DNA of 64,000 bases from Gemmatimonadales bacterium (GTDB lineage: Bacteria > Gemmatimonadota > Gemmatimonadetes > Gemmatimonadales > GWC2-71-9): positions 1,736-65,735 of the forward strand of contig JAICWE010000001.1 in the NCBI GenBank assembly GCA_025934955.1, given 5' to 3'. Numbering within the stretch: position 1 is the stretch's first letter; every line of letters begins with the position of its first letter. Positions 1 through 9,227 of this stretch are shown here, in pieces. The notes under the pieces are model-generated. The model saw only the letters and a list, made by a program, of their open reading frames with translations. It was not told where the DNA came from and did not search any database. Made by a program: the position numbers and the translations under genes.

Positions 1-824
1 ATCGCCTTCCGCATGCCGCCGCCCTGCTCCACCGCCGCCCGCATGTCCCGTCGCAACGCCGTCACGTAGCGGCGGGTGGTGTCCACCAGGACCGCCGGGT
101 CGGGTGGCAGTCGTCCGTGACCCGGCACCGCGATCCGTGGATGCAGCGAATCTATCACGTCCAGCGCGTGCAGCAGCGCGCCGGAGTTGCCGTCCACCAT
201 CATCGTGACGCCGTCCTCGATCAGGATGTCGCCCGCGAACAGCACCCGTTCGGCGGGCAGCCAGATGATCAGGTCGCCCGGCGTATGCGCGGCCCCGGGA
301 TGGGTGATGACCAGCGTGCGCCCCCCGAGGCGGAGCGTGTCGGTGCCAGTGACCGCGACCGAGGGCGTGTCGGCGAACTGAAAGCCGAGCATCGCGGGCA
401 GGCCGACGACGCGAACCCAGTCGGCCAGCAGCGCGTCATCGCCACCCTCGGAGGCAAGCGTGCGGAGATCGGGATGCGCGATCACCCTGGCGCCGGCGCG
501 GCGGAACACGATGGCGCCGAAGGTGTGGTCGGGGTGATGGTGGGTCAGGACCAGCCAGCGGATCGGCGCGTGGGAGACGGTGCGGATGCTCCGGAGCAGC
601 CGCTCGCCGTCCGCGGGGCTCGCGAGCGCGTCGATGACGACGACGCCGTCCGAGGTGACGATGAATCCGGCGTTAGGCCGGCCCTCCGAGCCGCGGCCGG
701 TGTCGCCCGGCACGAGGTAGACGCCCGGAGCGAGGCGGCGAATCGGAAACGGAGCCGCGGGCGACGGAGGTGCCGCGCTCAGCGCTCCGATGCCCAGCGC
801 GAGCGCGGCGAGGCGGAGGGTCAG
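1..824 (-). CDS. MBL-fold metallo-hydrolase, SoxH-like (3' end runs off window)
   Basis: Manual translation gives NAGFIVTSDGVVVIDA and LTHHHPDHTFG (HxHxDH motif) with a signal-peptide-like N-terminus. Start uncertain: CTG at 824 overlaps the soxZ stop. Confidence 0.8.
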   Translation of the reverse strand, partial: MTLRLAALALGIGALSAAPPSPAAPFPIRRLAPGVYLVPGDTGRGSEGRPNAGFIVTSDGVVVIDALASPADGERLLRSIRTVSHAPIRWLVLTHHHPDHTFGAIVFRRAGARVIAHPDLRTLASEGGDDALLADWVRVVGLPAMLGFQFADTPSVAVTGTDTLRLGGRTLVITHPGAAHTPGDLIIWLPAERVLFAGDILIEDGVTMMVDGNSGALLHALDVIDSLHPRIAVPGHGRLPPDPAVLVDTTRRYVTALRRDMRAAVEQGGGMRKA

Positions 825-1159
825 GTGGTGGTGAAGGCGATGTCGGCGCTCTGCCGATACACGCCGCCCTTGTTGTCCTTCCACGTGAGCGTCAGAGGCG
901 CCTCGCGGTCGGCCTTGAGCGAGAAGGTGACGAGCGGATCACGGCTGATCCCCGACGTCCACTCGAACCGGGCGACCTGCTGGTCGCCATACACGATGGT
1001 GACCTCGTTGATGAAGTACGCCGGAATCGGATCACCGTCCCTGGTGCGGAAGAAGCCGGTGTCCATCGGATGCGAGATGATCGCGCTCACCAGGATCTGC
1101 TCCCCGCGGACGATCCGGTCGGGCAACCGGATGCGCGCGTCGCCGGTCACGTCAGGCAT
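821..1159 (-). CDS. soxZ: SoxZ-like sulfur carrier subunit
   Basis: Motifs IISHPMDTG, IPAYFI, GISRDP and WKDNKG; ATG overlaps the soxY stop (TGATG). Confidence 0.85.
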   Translation of the reverse strand: MPDVTGDARIRLPDRIVRGEQILVSAIISHPMDTGFFRTRDGDPIPAYFINEVTIVYGDQQVARFEWTSGISRDPLVTFSLKADREAPLTLTWKDNKGGVYRQSADIAFTTT

Positions 1160-1662
1160 CAGCCACATCCATTCAGGGTGACGTTGACGCGGGTGTACCC
1201 GGCCCACACCTCGCCACGGGTGGTCTCGACGATGGCGCGCACCCAGGTGGAGCGCTTCATCTTGATTCGCGTGGAGATCGACAGCCGGCCGATGGCGGGC
1301 GTCAGGTAGAATCCGGCGACGTGCACGTCGGGATTGTGATCCACGAAGAGGTGTACGCCCTTGACGTACTCGTCCGCCGTCATCGGCAGATCGCTCTCGA
1401 TGATCACCGGCACCACCCGGCCGTCCTCCGCCGCCGCCGGCATGTCGAGCTGGACGTGCCCGGTGCGAATCTGCCGGTCGCCGAAGCGATCCTTCAACGC
1501 CTTCGCGACGATGTCGTTGGGGATTGCCGGCGGGTCGTCGGGACCGATGGCGAGGAGCCGCCCGCCCGGCGTGAGCACGTCGCGACCGAGCAGGAGGGCG
1601 GCGAGGAAGCCGGCGGATCGGGCGACGAACGACCGGCGGGACTGCGGCGAACCCGGGGACAT
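1159..1662 (-). CDS. soxY: SoxY-like sulfur carrier protein, Tat-exported
   Basis: Tat motif SRRSF, AEDGRVVPV, STRIKM, C-terminal VTLNGCG; GGAGG RBS before the ATG at 1662. Confidence 0.85.
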   Translation of the reverse strand: MSPGSPQSRRSFVARSAGFLAALLLGRDVLTPGGRLLAIGPDDPPAIPNDIVAKALKDRFGDRQIRTGHVQLDMPAAAEDGRVVPVIIESDLPMTADEYVKGVHLFVDHNPDVHVAGFYLTPAIGRLSISTRIKMKRSTWVRAIVETTRGEVWAGYTRVNVTLNGCG

Positions 1663-1776
1663 CTCACCTCCAGCGGAGCCCACACCGGTGCAAGCTGCTC
1701 CGGTCGTTGCGGAGGGTCAAGGCTGCGTGGCCTGGCGCTTGCACCCGCGCACGCAATCCGCTGCACCCCGCCGCGC

Positions 1777-1805
1777 TTGTGCCAGATTGTCGCGCGACTT
1801 AGCTT
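1777..1805 (+). promoter_or_regulatory. Putative sigma70 promoter of the spt operon
   Basis: TTGTGC-N17-TAGCTT about 60 nt upstream of the GTG start. Confidence 0.35.
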
Positions 1806-1867
1806 AAGCCATTCTCCAGCATAGCGATGTGGTGAGTCGTGCTCACCCTCCGGACCATCGAGGCACT

Positions 1868-3076
1868 GTGGAAACTCAGATCCTTCAGCAAGTCGCGCTC
1901 TTCGAGAAGTGCCGGCAATTCACCAAGGCGCGCGAGGTCCAGGCGGCGGGTCTCTACCCGTACTTCAAGCCGATCTCCGAATCCGAAGATACGGTCGTCG
2001 TCATCGAAGGCCACAAGCGCATCATGCTGGGGTCGAACAACTACCTCGGCCTGACCCATCATCCCAAGGTGCTGGAGGCGGCGGGCCGCGCGCTGAGCCG
2101 CTACGGCTCGGGCTGCACCGGCAGCCGGTTCCTCAACGGCACACTCGATCTGCACGAGCAGCTCGAGACCGCGCTGGCCCAGGTCCTCGGCAAGGAGGCG
2201 TGCCTCGTCTTCTCCACCGGGTACTCGGCCAATCTGGGGCTGATTTCCGGTCTCGTCGGCCGGGGCGAAGTCGTGTACCTGGACAAGCTGGACCACGCGT
2301 CCATCGTGGACGGTGCCAAGATGTCCTATGGTGAGACCGAACGGTTCTCCCACGGCGACCTGGCCAGCCTCGAGCGGAAGATCGAACGGAACGGCGGCGC
2401 GAGCCGCGGTGCCATGATCGTGGTGGACGGCGTGTACTCCATGGAAGGTGACATCGCCGACATCCCCAGCCTCGTTCGTGTGGCGCGGCGGCACGGCGCC
2501 GCGCTGGCGGTGGACGACGCCCACTCGCTCGGCGTGCTCGGTCCCAACGGCGACGGCACCGCCGCACACTTCGCGATGATCGACGAAGTCGACATCATCG
2601 GCGGCACCTTCTCCAAGTCGCTCGCCTCGATCGGCGGCTTCGTCGCCGGGTCGGACAGCATCATCCACTACCTGCGCCACCACAGCCGGCCGCTCATCTT
2701 CACGGCGGCGCTGCCGCCGGCCAATACCGCGGGCGTGCTCGCCGCGCTCGAGGTGCTGCAGCGCGAGCCGGAGCGGCGCGAGCACCTCTGGGCCAACACC
2801 CGCCGCCTGCACGAGGGCTTCCGCCGGCTCGGCTTCGACATCGGTCCCACCGAAACGCCGATCGTGCCGGTGCTGATCGGGCCGTTGGAGAAGACCTTCC
2901 TGTTCTGGCGGAAGATGTTCGACGCCGGCGTCTTCACCAATCCGGTCGCGCCGCCGGCGGTGCCGCCGTCGCAGTGCCGGCTCCGCACCAGCGTCATGGC
3001 GACGCACACCTTCGATCAGATCGACTTCGCGCTCGAGGCGTTCGGGAAGGTCGGACGGGAGCTGGGGGTCATCTGA
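1868..3076 (+). CDS. spt: Serine palmitoyltransferase-like PLP-dependent alpha-oxoamine synthase
   Basis: GSNNYLGL, GSRFLNGT, DHASIVDG, DDAH and GTFSKSLASIGG (SPT-type PLP lysine motif); operon context with ceramide genes. Confidence 0.8.
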   Translation: METQILQQVALFEKCRQFTKAREVQAAGLYPYFKPISESEDTVVVIEGHKRIMLGSNNYLGLTHHPKVLEAAGRALSRYGSGCTGSRFLNGTLDLHEQLETALAQVLGKEACLVFSTGYSANLGLISGLVGRGEVVYLDKLDHASIVDGAKMSYGETERFSHGDLASLERKIERNGGASRGAMIVVDGVYSMEGDIADIPSLVRVARRHGAALAVDDAHSLGVLGPNGDGTAAHFAMIDEVDIIGGTFSKSLASIGGFVAGSDSIIHYLRHHSRPLIFTAALPPANTAGVLAALEVLQREPERREHLWANTRRLHEGFRRLGFDIGPTETPIVPVLIGPLEKTFLFWRKMFDAGVFTNPVAPPAVPPSQCRLRTSVMATHTFDQIDFALEAFGKVGRELGVI

Positions 3077-3081
3077 CCGCT

Positions 3082-4209
3082 GTGGCGCAGGTCCGCCCGG
3101 CGCGGAGCCGCGGCGATCTCGAGCAATTCGTCGACCTGCCCTACCGACTGCACGCGCGGGACCCGCTCTGGGTCCCGCCGTTGCGTCGGGACGTGGAGAC
3201 GCTGCTCTCGCGCAGCAAGAATCCCTTCTTCGAGCACGCGGACGCGGAGTACTTCATCGCCGAGCGAGCTGGCGACGTCGTCGGACGCATCGCCGCGATC
3301 CACAACCGACTGCATAACACCACGCACCACGACCGGGTCGGATTTTTCGGCTTCCTCGAGTGCGTCGATGACCAGTCCACGGCCGACGCGCTGTTCGCCG
3401 CCGCCGGCGAGTGGCTGCGCGGTCGCGGTCTCGACACGATGCGCGGCCCCGCGTCGTTCTCGGTGAACGACGAATGCGGGTTGCTGGTGGACGGCTTCGG
3501 CACGCCGCCCACGCTGATGATGCCGCACAACCCGCCCTACTACGTGACGCTGATCGAGCGCGCCGGCTTCGCCAAGGCGAAGGACCTGCTGGTCTACCAG
3601 GGCGGCCATCCCGAGCACTACGTGCCGGTGCCGGAGCGGCTCGCGCGCGGCACCGAGCTGATCCGGCAGCGGCAGGGCATCACGCTTCGCGGCCTCGACA
3701 TGAAGGACTTCGCGGCCGAGGTCGAGCGGATCAAGACGATCTACAACGCGGCGTGGGAGCTGAACTGGGGCTTCGTGCCGATGACGGATCACGAGATCGA
3801 CCACCTGGCGGAGCAGTTCAAGCCGGTGGTGATCCCCGAGCTCGTTCCCTTCGCGGAGAAGGACGGCAGGGTGATCGCGTTCGGGCTGGCGCTGCCCGAC
3901 CTCAACGTGGCGTTCCGCGGCAACAGCAGGGGACGGATGTTTCCCGCGATCCTCAAGGTGCTGTGGCTGCTCAAGGCGAAGAAGCTCAAGCGCGCCCGCA
4001 TCGTGCTGCTCGGCATCCTGCCGGAGTACCGTGGCAAGGGCATTGACGCGATGCTCTACCACTGGATCTGGACCAGGAGCGGCGAGCGGGGCATTTACTG
4101 GGGCGAGGCCGGCTGGATTCTCGAGGACAATCCCGCGATGAACGCGGGGCTCGAGAAGATGACCTTCACCGTCTACAAGACCTACCGCCTCTACGACCGC
4201 GCCCTGTGA
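3082..4209 (+). CDS. GNAT-family acyltransferase, bacterial ceramide synthase (bCerS/YghO)-like
   Basis: DPLWVPPL, NPFF, VGRIAA, FFGFLE, GLLVDGF, MMPHNPPYY, YRGKGI, WILEDN; immediately follows spt. Confidence 0.75.
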   Translation: MAQVRPARSRGDLEQFVDLPYRLHARDPLWVPPLRRDVETLLSRSKNPFFEHADAEYFIAERAGDVVGRIAAIHNRLHNTTHHDRVGFFGFLECVDDQSTADALFAAAGEWLRGRGLDTMRGPASFSVNDECGLLVDGFGTPPTLMMPHNPPYYVTLIERAGFAKAKDLLVYQGGHPEHYVPVPERLARGTELIRQRQGITLRGLDMKDFAAEVERIKTIYNAAWELNWGFVPMTDHEIDHLAEQFKPVVIPELVPFAEKDGRVIAFGLALPDLNVAFRGNSRGRMFPAILKVLWLLKAKKLKRARIVLLGILPEYRGKGIDAMLYHWIWTRSGERGIYWGEAGWILEDNPAMNAGLEKMTFTVYKTYRLYDRAL

Positions 4210-4245
4210 TGGCGCGCTGCGCCCGGTGACGCCGCAACGCGCCCG

Positions 4246-5214
4246 ATGAGGGCGATGCTCACCGGGGGGACCGGCTTCGTCGGGAGTCACCTCGCCGACG
4301 CGCTTCGACGCCGCGGCGATGACGTCACCGCGCTGGTCCGCTCTCCCGCCAAGGCCAAGGAGCTCGCCCGGCTCGGCGTGCGCATCGTGCCGGGCGGCCT
4401 CGACGACGGCGCGGCGCTCCGCGCCGCGGCCGACGGTCAGGACATCGTGTACCACGTGGCCGGGATCGTGGCCGCGCGGAACGAGGCCGAGTTTCTCCGC
4501 GCCAATCGCGATGGCACCGAGCGCGTGCTGCGCGCGGCGGAGACGGCCGGCGCGGGCCGGTTCGTGCTCGTGTCGTCCATGGCAGCCGCGGGGCCGGCCG
4601 CGCGGGGGCGGCCGCTCGCGGGAGACGAGCCGCCACGACCCGTCACCGCATACGGCCGGAGCAAGCTCGCCGGCGAAGCGCTGGTGCGCGGGGGCGCGAT
4701 CCCGTGGAGCATCATTCGGCCGCCGATGGTGTACGGCCCGCGCGATCGCGAGGTGCTCAAGGTCTTTCAGCTCGCGCGACGCGGCGTCGCACCGGTGTTC
4801 GGCGACGGGAGCCAGGAGCTGAGCGCGGTACACGCGGCGGACCTCGCGGCGGCGCTGATCGCGGCCGGCAGCGCCCCGGATGCGGCAGGCCGGATCTACT
4901 ACGCCTGTCATCCGGAGATCTTCACGAGTGCCGCGTTCGTGCACGCGGTAGCCGACGCGCTCGGCCGGCGGGTGCGAACCATCCCGATTCCGCCGGTCAT
5001 CGGTCGCGCGATGCTCACGCTCACCGGCAGCGCCGCGCAGCTCGCCGGGCGGGCAACCATTCTCCCGGCCGACAAGGCGCACGAATTCTTCCAGCCGGCG
5101 TGGACCGGCGACCCGCGTCCGCTCAGCCGCGACACCGGCTGGGCGGCAGCGCTCGACCTGACACGCGGCCTTGCCGACACCGCGGCGTGGTATCAGCGGA
5201 ACGGCTGGCTGTAG
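4246..5214 (+). CDS. NAD-dependent epimerase/dehydratase (extended SDR), candidate ceramide reductase CerR
   Basis: TGGTGFVG Rossmann motif, YGRSK catalytic motif, VYGP. The CerR role is inferred from context. Confidence 0.75.
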   Translation: MRAMLTGGTGFVGSHLADALRRRGDDVTALVRSPAKAKELARLGVRIVPGGLDDGAALRAAADGQDIVYHVAGIVAARNEAEFLRANRDGTERVLRAAETAGAGRFVLVSSMAAAGPAARGRPLAGDEPPRPVTAYGRSKLAGEALVRGGAIPWSIIRPPMVYGPRDREVLKVFQLARRGVAPVFGDGSQELSAVHAADLAAALIAAGSAPDAAGRIYYACHPEIFTSAAFVHAVADALGRRVRTIPIPPVIGRAMLTLTGSAAQLAGRATILPADKAHEFFQPAWTGDPRPLSRDTGWAAALDLTRGLADTAAWYQRNGWL

Positions 5215-5219
5215 CCGGC

Positions 5220-6092
5220 GTGCGCACACCGGCGGCGGCGCTCCGGCCGATCGATCGCGTCATCCTCGGCTACCTGCTCGTGGCGTCGGTCGTGGTGATC
5301 GCACGGTTGCACCGCCAGCCGGGCGGCTGGTGGCTGCTCGGCGCCCATGGGCTCATCGTGGTGCTGATCGCGATCCTGGTGTACGCGCCGCTCGGCCGCG
5401 CGGGACGCGCGCTGCGCGAGGTCTATCCGCTGGTGCTGCTCGTCGCGCTGTACAGCGCGCTCGACGTACTCAACCGCGGCGGCGCGGCTCAGGTGCACGA
5501 TGCCGTGGTGCAGCGGTGGGAGTTCGCGCTCTTCGGCGGCCAGCCGAGCCGCGAGTGGTGGATGGCCGAGCCGAGCCGGTTCTGGTCGCTGGTGCTGCAC
5601 GGCGCCTATCTCTCCTACTATTTCATCGTGGCGGTGCCGGCAGTCTACTTCGCGAGCCGCCGCGCGCTGCCCGCGCTGCGCGGCTACATCTTCGCGGTCA
5701 TCCTCGCGTTCTTCACCTGCTATCTGTTCTTCATCTTCTTTCCGGTGGCCGGACCGTACTACGCATTTCCCCGCCCGACCGGGCCGTTCGTCGACAACGT
5801 GACCGCGCGGCTGGTCTACGCGACGCTCGCCGTCGGCAGCTCGTACGGCGCGGCGTTCCCGTCATCGCACGTCGCGGCGAGCGTGGCGGCGGCGGGCGCG
5901 TCGCTGTGGGGATCGCGCCGGCTCGGGACGATCCTGCTGGTCCCGACGGTGCTGCTGATCGTCTCGGTGGTGTACTGCCAGATGCACTACGCGGTGGACG
6001 CGATCGCGGGGCTCGCCGTCGGGCTGGCCGCGCTCGGGCTCACGGCGGCCGCGCGGCGACGGGGCCTCGCGGGCGCCGCGCCGCGGGGGTAA
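5220..6092 (+). CDS. PAP2-family membrane protein, AUR1/inositol-phosphoceramide synthase-like
   Basis: Multiple TM helices; FFPVAGP, AFPSSHV, HYAVDAIAG (His/His/Asp triad). Confidence 0.75.
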   Translation: MRTPAAALRPIDRVILGYLLVASVVVIARLHRQPGGWWLLGAHGLIVVLIAILVYAPLGRAGRALREVYPLVLLVALYSALDVLNRGGAAQVHDAVVQRWEFALFGGQPSREWWMAEPSRFWSLVLHGAYLSYYFIVAVPAVYFASRRALPALRGYIFAVILAFFTCYLFFIFFPVAGPYYAFPRPTGPFVDNVTARLVYATLAVGSSYGAAFPSSHVAASVAAAGASLWGSRRLGTILLVPTVLLIVSVVYCQMHYAVDAIAGLAVGLAALGLTAAARRRGLAGAAPRG

Positions 6093-6096
6093 ACGT

Positions 6097-6129
6097 GGCG
6101 CGGGGGCTTCCGATGGAAGCCCCCGCGCC
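6097..6129 (-). terminator. Intrinsic terminator between convergent genes
   Basis: 15-bp perfect stem GGCGCGGGGGCTTCC-GAT-GGAAGCCCCCGCGCC; short T-run on the minus strand. Confidence 0.75.
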
Positions 6130-6149
6130 GGCTACCGCCACAGCGCTGC

Positions 6150-6638
6150 CTACTGAACCGTGATCTTGCCCTTCATGCCGAGGGCCTGGTGCGGCAGGCA
6201 GTAGAAGTGGTAATCGCCCTTCGGCGCACTCGCCGCGAACGTCACGGTGTAGGTGGCGTTCGGCTCCGTGAGGAGCGGCGACGCGAGCGGACCCATCGGA
6301 TCCGGCATGTTGATGGCGCTCTGCGCGCCCGAGGGGATGCTGTCGGGATAGAACTGGACGTTGTGCGGACCGCCGCTCACATCATGGAAGACGACCTGGT
6401 CGCCCGCCTTGATGGTGATGTCGGAGGGGTCGTACTTGTACGTCGTGCCGACGAGCTCCATGTTCACATCGTGCTTCGCGCCGCCCGTCGCGGGCGCCGC
6501 GGCACCACCACCGGCCGGCGCAGCCGCCGCGGCAGCGGAGGTATCGGCCGGCTGCGCCGCCCCGCCCGCCTTCTTCTCGCCACCACCACACGCCGCCAGG
6601 ACGAGGGCCAGCCCCGCCACCATGCTCGTCACGCGCAT
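6150..6638 (-). CDS. Plastocyanin/azurin-family blue copper lipoprotein
   Basis: Lipobox LAAC, Ala/Gly-rich linker, type-1 Cu ligands GPHNV and YCLPHQALGM. Confidence 0.9.
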   Translation of the reverse strand: MRVTSMVAGLALVLAACGGGEKKAGGAAQPADTSAAAAAAPAGGGAAAPATGGAKHDVNMELVGTTYKYDPSDITIKAGDQVVFHDVSGGPHNVQFYPDSIPSGAQSAINMPDPMGPLASPLLTEPNATYTVTFAASAPKGDYHFYCLPHQALGMKGKITVQ

Positions 6639-6792
6639 TGCCGCTCTGCCTCCAGTCAGGTGATCTCTCGCCCGTGCGCACACGGGACCTCCCCGCCGCC
6701 GGGCCACCCCTGTGGGTCCCCATGCGGTCGCCAAGTATATATTCAGCCCTTCCCAGCCGGTAGCTCGCGTTGCCACCACGGTTTCCATTTCG

Positions 6793-7572
6793 ATGAGTGC
6801 TCCCCCGTCTTGCCGAAGCATGGGCTCGCATTGCCGTGCGCTGCACGTCACCCTGCGCATCGGCGCGCTGGAGGAGGGCCGCACCTCGCTCGACCACGAG
6901 GCGACGTGGCTCCTCGGGCACACGGAGCACGTCAGCTTCGGCGAGCTGTGGGACGATGAGGGCGACCTCTACGTTGACGCCGTGATCCACGTCTCCTGCC
7001 GCTTTCTGGCGGACGGACCGGCAGGCGCGAGCTGTCGGGCCCACGGCTTCCGCGGCCCCGCGCGGGCCAGCCGCCAGCCGCCCCAGCCCCGCCAGCTCGG
7101 CCGCAACCGGTTCGTGGTCGTCGACCGCATGCGGCGGGCGACCCGGGTGCTCCCGCCGGCTCCGCCGGCGGCTCCGGCGCGACGCGCGCTCCCGGTGCTC
7201 GCGGCCGGCGCCACGAACAACCCGTGCGCGACCGCGCGGTGCACCACCGCGGACCACGCGCGCGGCGCCGCCTGTTGCCGCGATCTCCAGGTCGAGATCA
7301 TGTGCACCCGGCTCGAGGAATGGCTCGAGGCGCTGGTGCGCACCCGCCGTTCGCCCTATCTCTGCAAGGTGGTTCGCGAGGGCGACTTCTCCATCGAGGC
7401 GGAGATCATCTCCGCATGCGGCTACCTCGAGGCCGGCGGCGTCAACTGCACGCTGCACGGCCGCCGCCGAGCCGACGGCCGTCCCGCAAAACCCGACCTC
7501 TGTTCCGACTGGCCGCCCAAGCGGCAGGAGCTGCACCCGGGCTGTGTCTTTGCCCGGCCCCGCCGGCGGTAG
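6793..7572 (+). CDS. Cys-rich protein, YkgJ/CxxCxxCC-like metal or Fe-S cluster protein
   Basis: GAACC, ACGYL, CTLHG, KPDLCSDWP, with a similar Cys pattern in the N-terminal half; start uncertain. Confidence 0.6.
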   Translation: MSAPPSCRSMGSHCRALHVTLRIGALEEGRTSLDHEATWLLGHTEHVSFGELWDDEGDLYVDAVIHVSCRFLADGPAGASCRAHGFRGPARASRQPPQPRQLGRNRFVVVDRMRRATRVLPPAPPAAPARRALPVLAAGATNNPCATARCTTADHARGAACCRDLQVEIMCTRLEEWLEALVRTRRSPYLCKVVREGDFSIEAEIISACGYLEAGGVNCTLHGRRRADGRPAKPDLCSDWPPKRQELHPGCVFARPRRR

Positions 7573-7677
7573 GCGGAGCTGTCTCGTCCCCTCCCGTGCA
7601 AGTAGCTTTCGCTGCGGCGTCACCCCGCCGGTCAACCGACAGACCCGCAGGATGGCTCGCCCGCAGGAGACCAGCCC

Positions 7678-8196
7678 GTGAACGATGAGGTCGAGCAGCT
7701 CTACCAGAACACCTACGCGGCCGTGGTGCGGTTCCTCTACCGAAAGGTGTGGGACGCAGATCGCGCCGAGGACCTGGCCCAGGAGGTCTTCGTGCGGGCG
7801 CTGTCGCACCGGCCGGAGAAGCCGCGCGCGTGGGTGTTCGCCGTCGCGGCCAACCTGGCGCGGGACGAGGCCCGGGCGGCGGTACGGCGGAAGAAGCACC
7901 TGACGTTGCTCACGGGTGACCCGATGAGCCAACCGGGAACGGAGCCCGCGGTCGATCAGCAGATGGAGCACGACGAGCGTATGGCGGCGGTACAGCGCGC
8001 GCTCGCCGGGCTGACGCCGCGGGACCGCGAGGTCCTGCTGTTGTGGGATGCCGGCCTCAGTTATCCCGAGATCGCGGCGCAGACCGGCCTCGCGGTCGGC
8101 GCGATCGGCACCACCCTCGCCCGGGCGCGCAAGCGGCTGGTCGAGTCACACGACCGACAGGAGCACGAGACCGAGGGCCATGCGGCACATTCCTGA
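7678..8196 (+). CDS. ECF-type RNA polymerase sigma factor
   Basis: AEDLAQEVF, AWVFAVAAN (region 2); GLSYPEIA, LARARKRL (region 4). Confidence 0.92.
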   Translation: MNDEVEQLYQNTYAAVVRFLYRKVWDADRAEDLAQEVFVRALSHRPEKPRAWVFAVAANLARDEARAAVRRKKHLTLLTGDPMSQPGTEPAVDQQMEHDERMAAVQRALAGLTPRDREVLLLWDAGLSYPEIAAQTGLAVGAIGTTLARARKRLVESHDRQEHETEGHAAHS

Positions 8197-9223
8197 AGAG
8201 GAACTGCACGCCTATCTCGATCAGGCGCTGAGCCGGTCGCAGTGCGTCGAGATCGAGAGCCATCTGGCTTCCTGTCCGGCGTGCAGCGGGATGCGCGACG
8301 GCATCGCCGCGCTCCGCGATCGCACGACCGCACTGCTCTCCCGCCTCGCCCCCCCGCGCCGCGTCGCCCCCGCCTTCCCCAGCATCGCCGAGCGCGCCGA
8401 GCTCGTCATCCACCGCCGGCGCGATCGGATCCGCGCCGCGGCGTGGGCCGCGAGCGTGGCGGCGGCCCTCGGCGTCGGCTTTGGTGCAAGCTGGCTGTTG
8501 AACGGCACGGCGCATCCGGCCGTCGCGACGGGACCCACCCGCCCCGCGCCGGTCGCGGCACCGGCGCAGCAGCAATTGCGGCAATCGGAGCAGCCGCTAC
8601 CCTCGCCGCTCGCGATCCGCACGCCGGAGCCGGTGGCCGGGACGTCCGCGCCGGCCGAGAGCGGGCGCGAGGACCCGGCTGCGTCCGCCGGTGAGCGCCA
8701 TGCGCGCCGGACGGCGCGCGGTGCACGCGAGACGGCGCCGGCCGTTGCGCCCGGCCCGCAGGTACGCGACGCCGAGGTGTCCACCCAGACGCTGGGTCAG
8801 GCTGGCAGCTCGCCGGAGCTTGCCGGGCTGTGGCGGACGCTCTCGTGGGATCGCGCGCGGAGTGAGAGCGGCGAGGAGCCGGCCCGCATCGACGGACTGC
8901 CGGTGATGCAGGTGCAGGTGCAGCAGGGCCGGGCCGACTCGAAGCCGATCATGGTGGTGGCGCAGCAGCTCAAGTCGGGCGACGTGATCCGTACCATCGA
9001 AGGCCCGGTCGCGGATGTGTCCGAACTGCTGGCGCACCGCGGTCCGCCGGCGCCGGCGCCCGCCTCGCAGACGCCGCAGGTGGCCAGCAACGGCAACTCG
9101 GCCGACGGCATGATGGCGATGCAGCGCGGCGACCGGATGCTCGCCGTCACCGGCCCGCTGCCGAACGATTCGCTCAGGGCCATGATCCGGCGGCTCAACG
9201 CGGAGCTCCGCACCGGCCGCTAG
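8180..9223 (+). CDS. Zinc-binding (ZAS/zf-HC2) transmembrane anti-sigma factor
   Basis: HLASCPAC (HxxxCxxC), one TM helix, overlaps the sigma gene end. Confidence 0.85.
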   Translation: MRHIPEEELHAYLDQALSRSQCVEIESHLASCPACSGMRDGIAALRDRTTALLSRLAPPRRVAPAFPSIAERAELVIHRRRDRIRAAAWAASVAAALGVGFGASWLLNGTAHPAVATGPTRPAPVAAPAQQQLRQSEQPLPSPLAIRTPEPVAGTSAPAESGREDPAASAGERHARRTARGARETAPAVAPGPQVRDAEVSTQTLGQAGSSPELAGLWRTLSWDRARSESGEEPARIDGLPVMQVQVQQGRADSKPIMVVAQQLKSGDVIRTIEGPVADVSELLAHRGPPAPAPASQTPQVASNGNSADGMMAMQRGDRMLAVTGPLPNDSLRAMIRRLNAELRTGR

Positions 9224-9227
9224 CGGA

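Noticed and set aside
1868-3076. Calling this gene bioF or kbl
   Set aside because: The GTFSKS motif, N-terminal signature and neighbours fit SPT, and no bio or tdh genes are adjacent.
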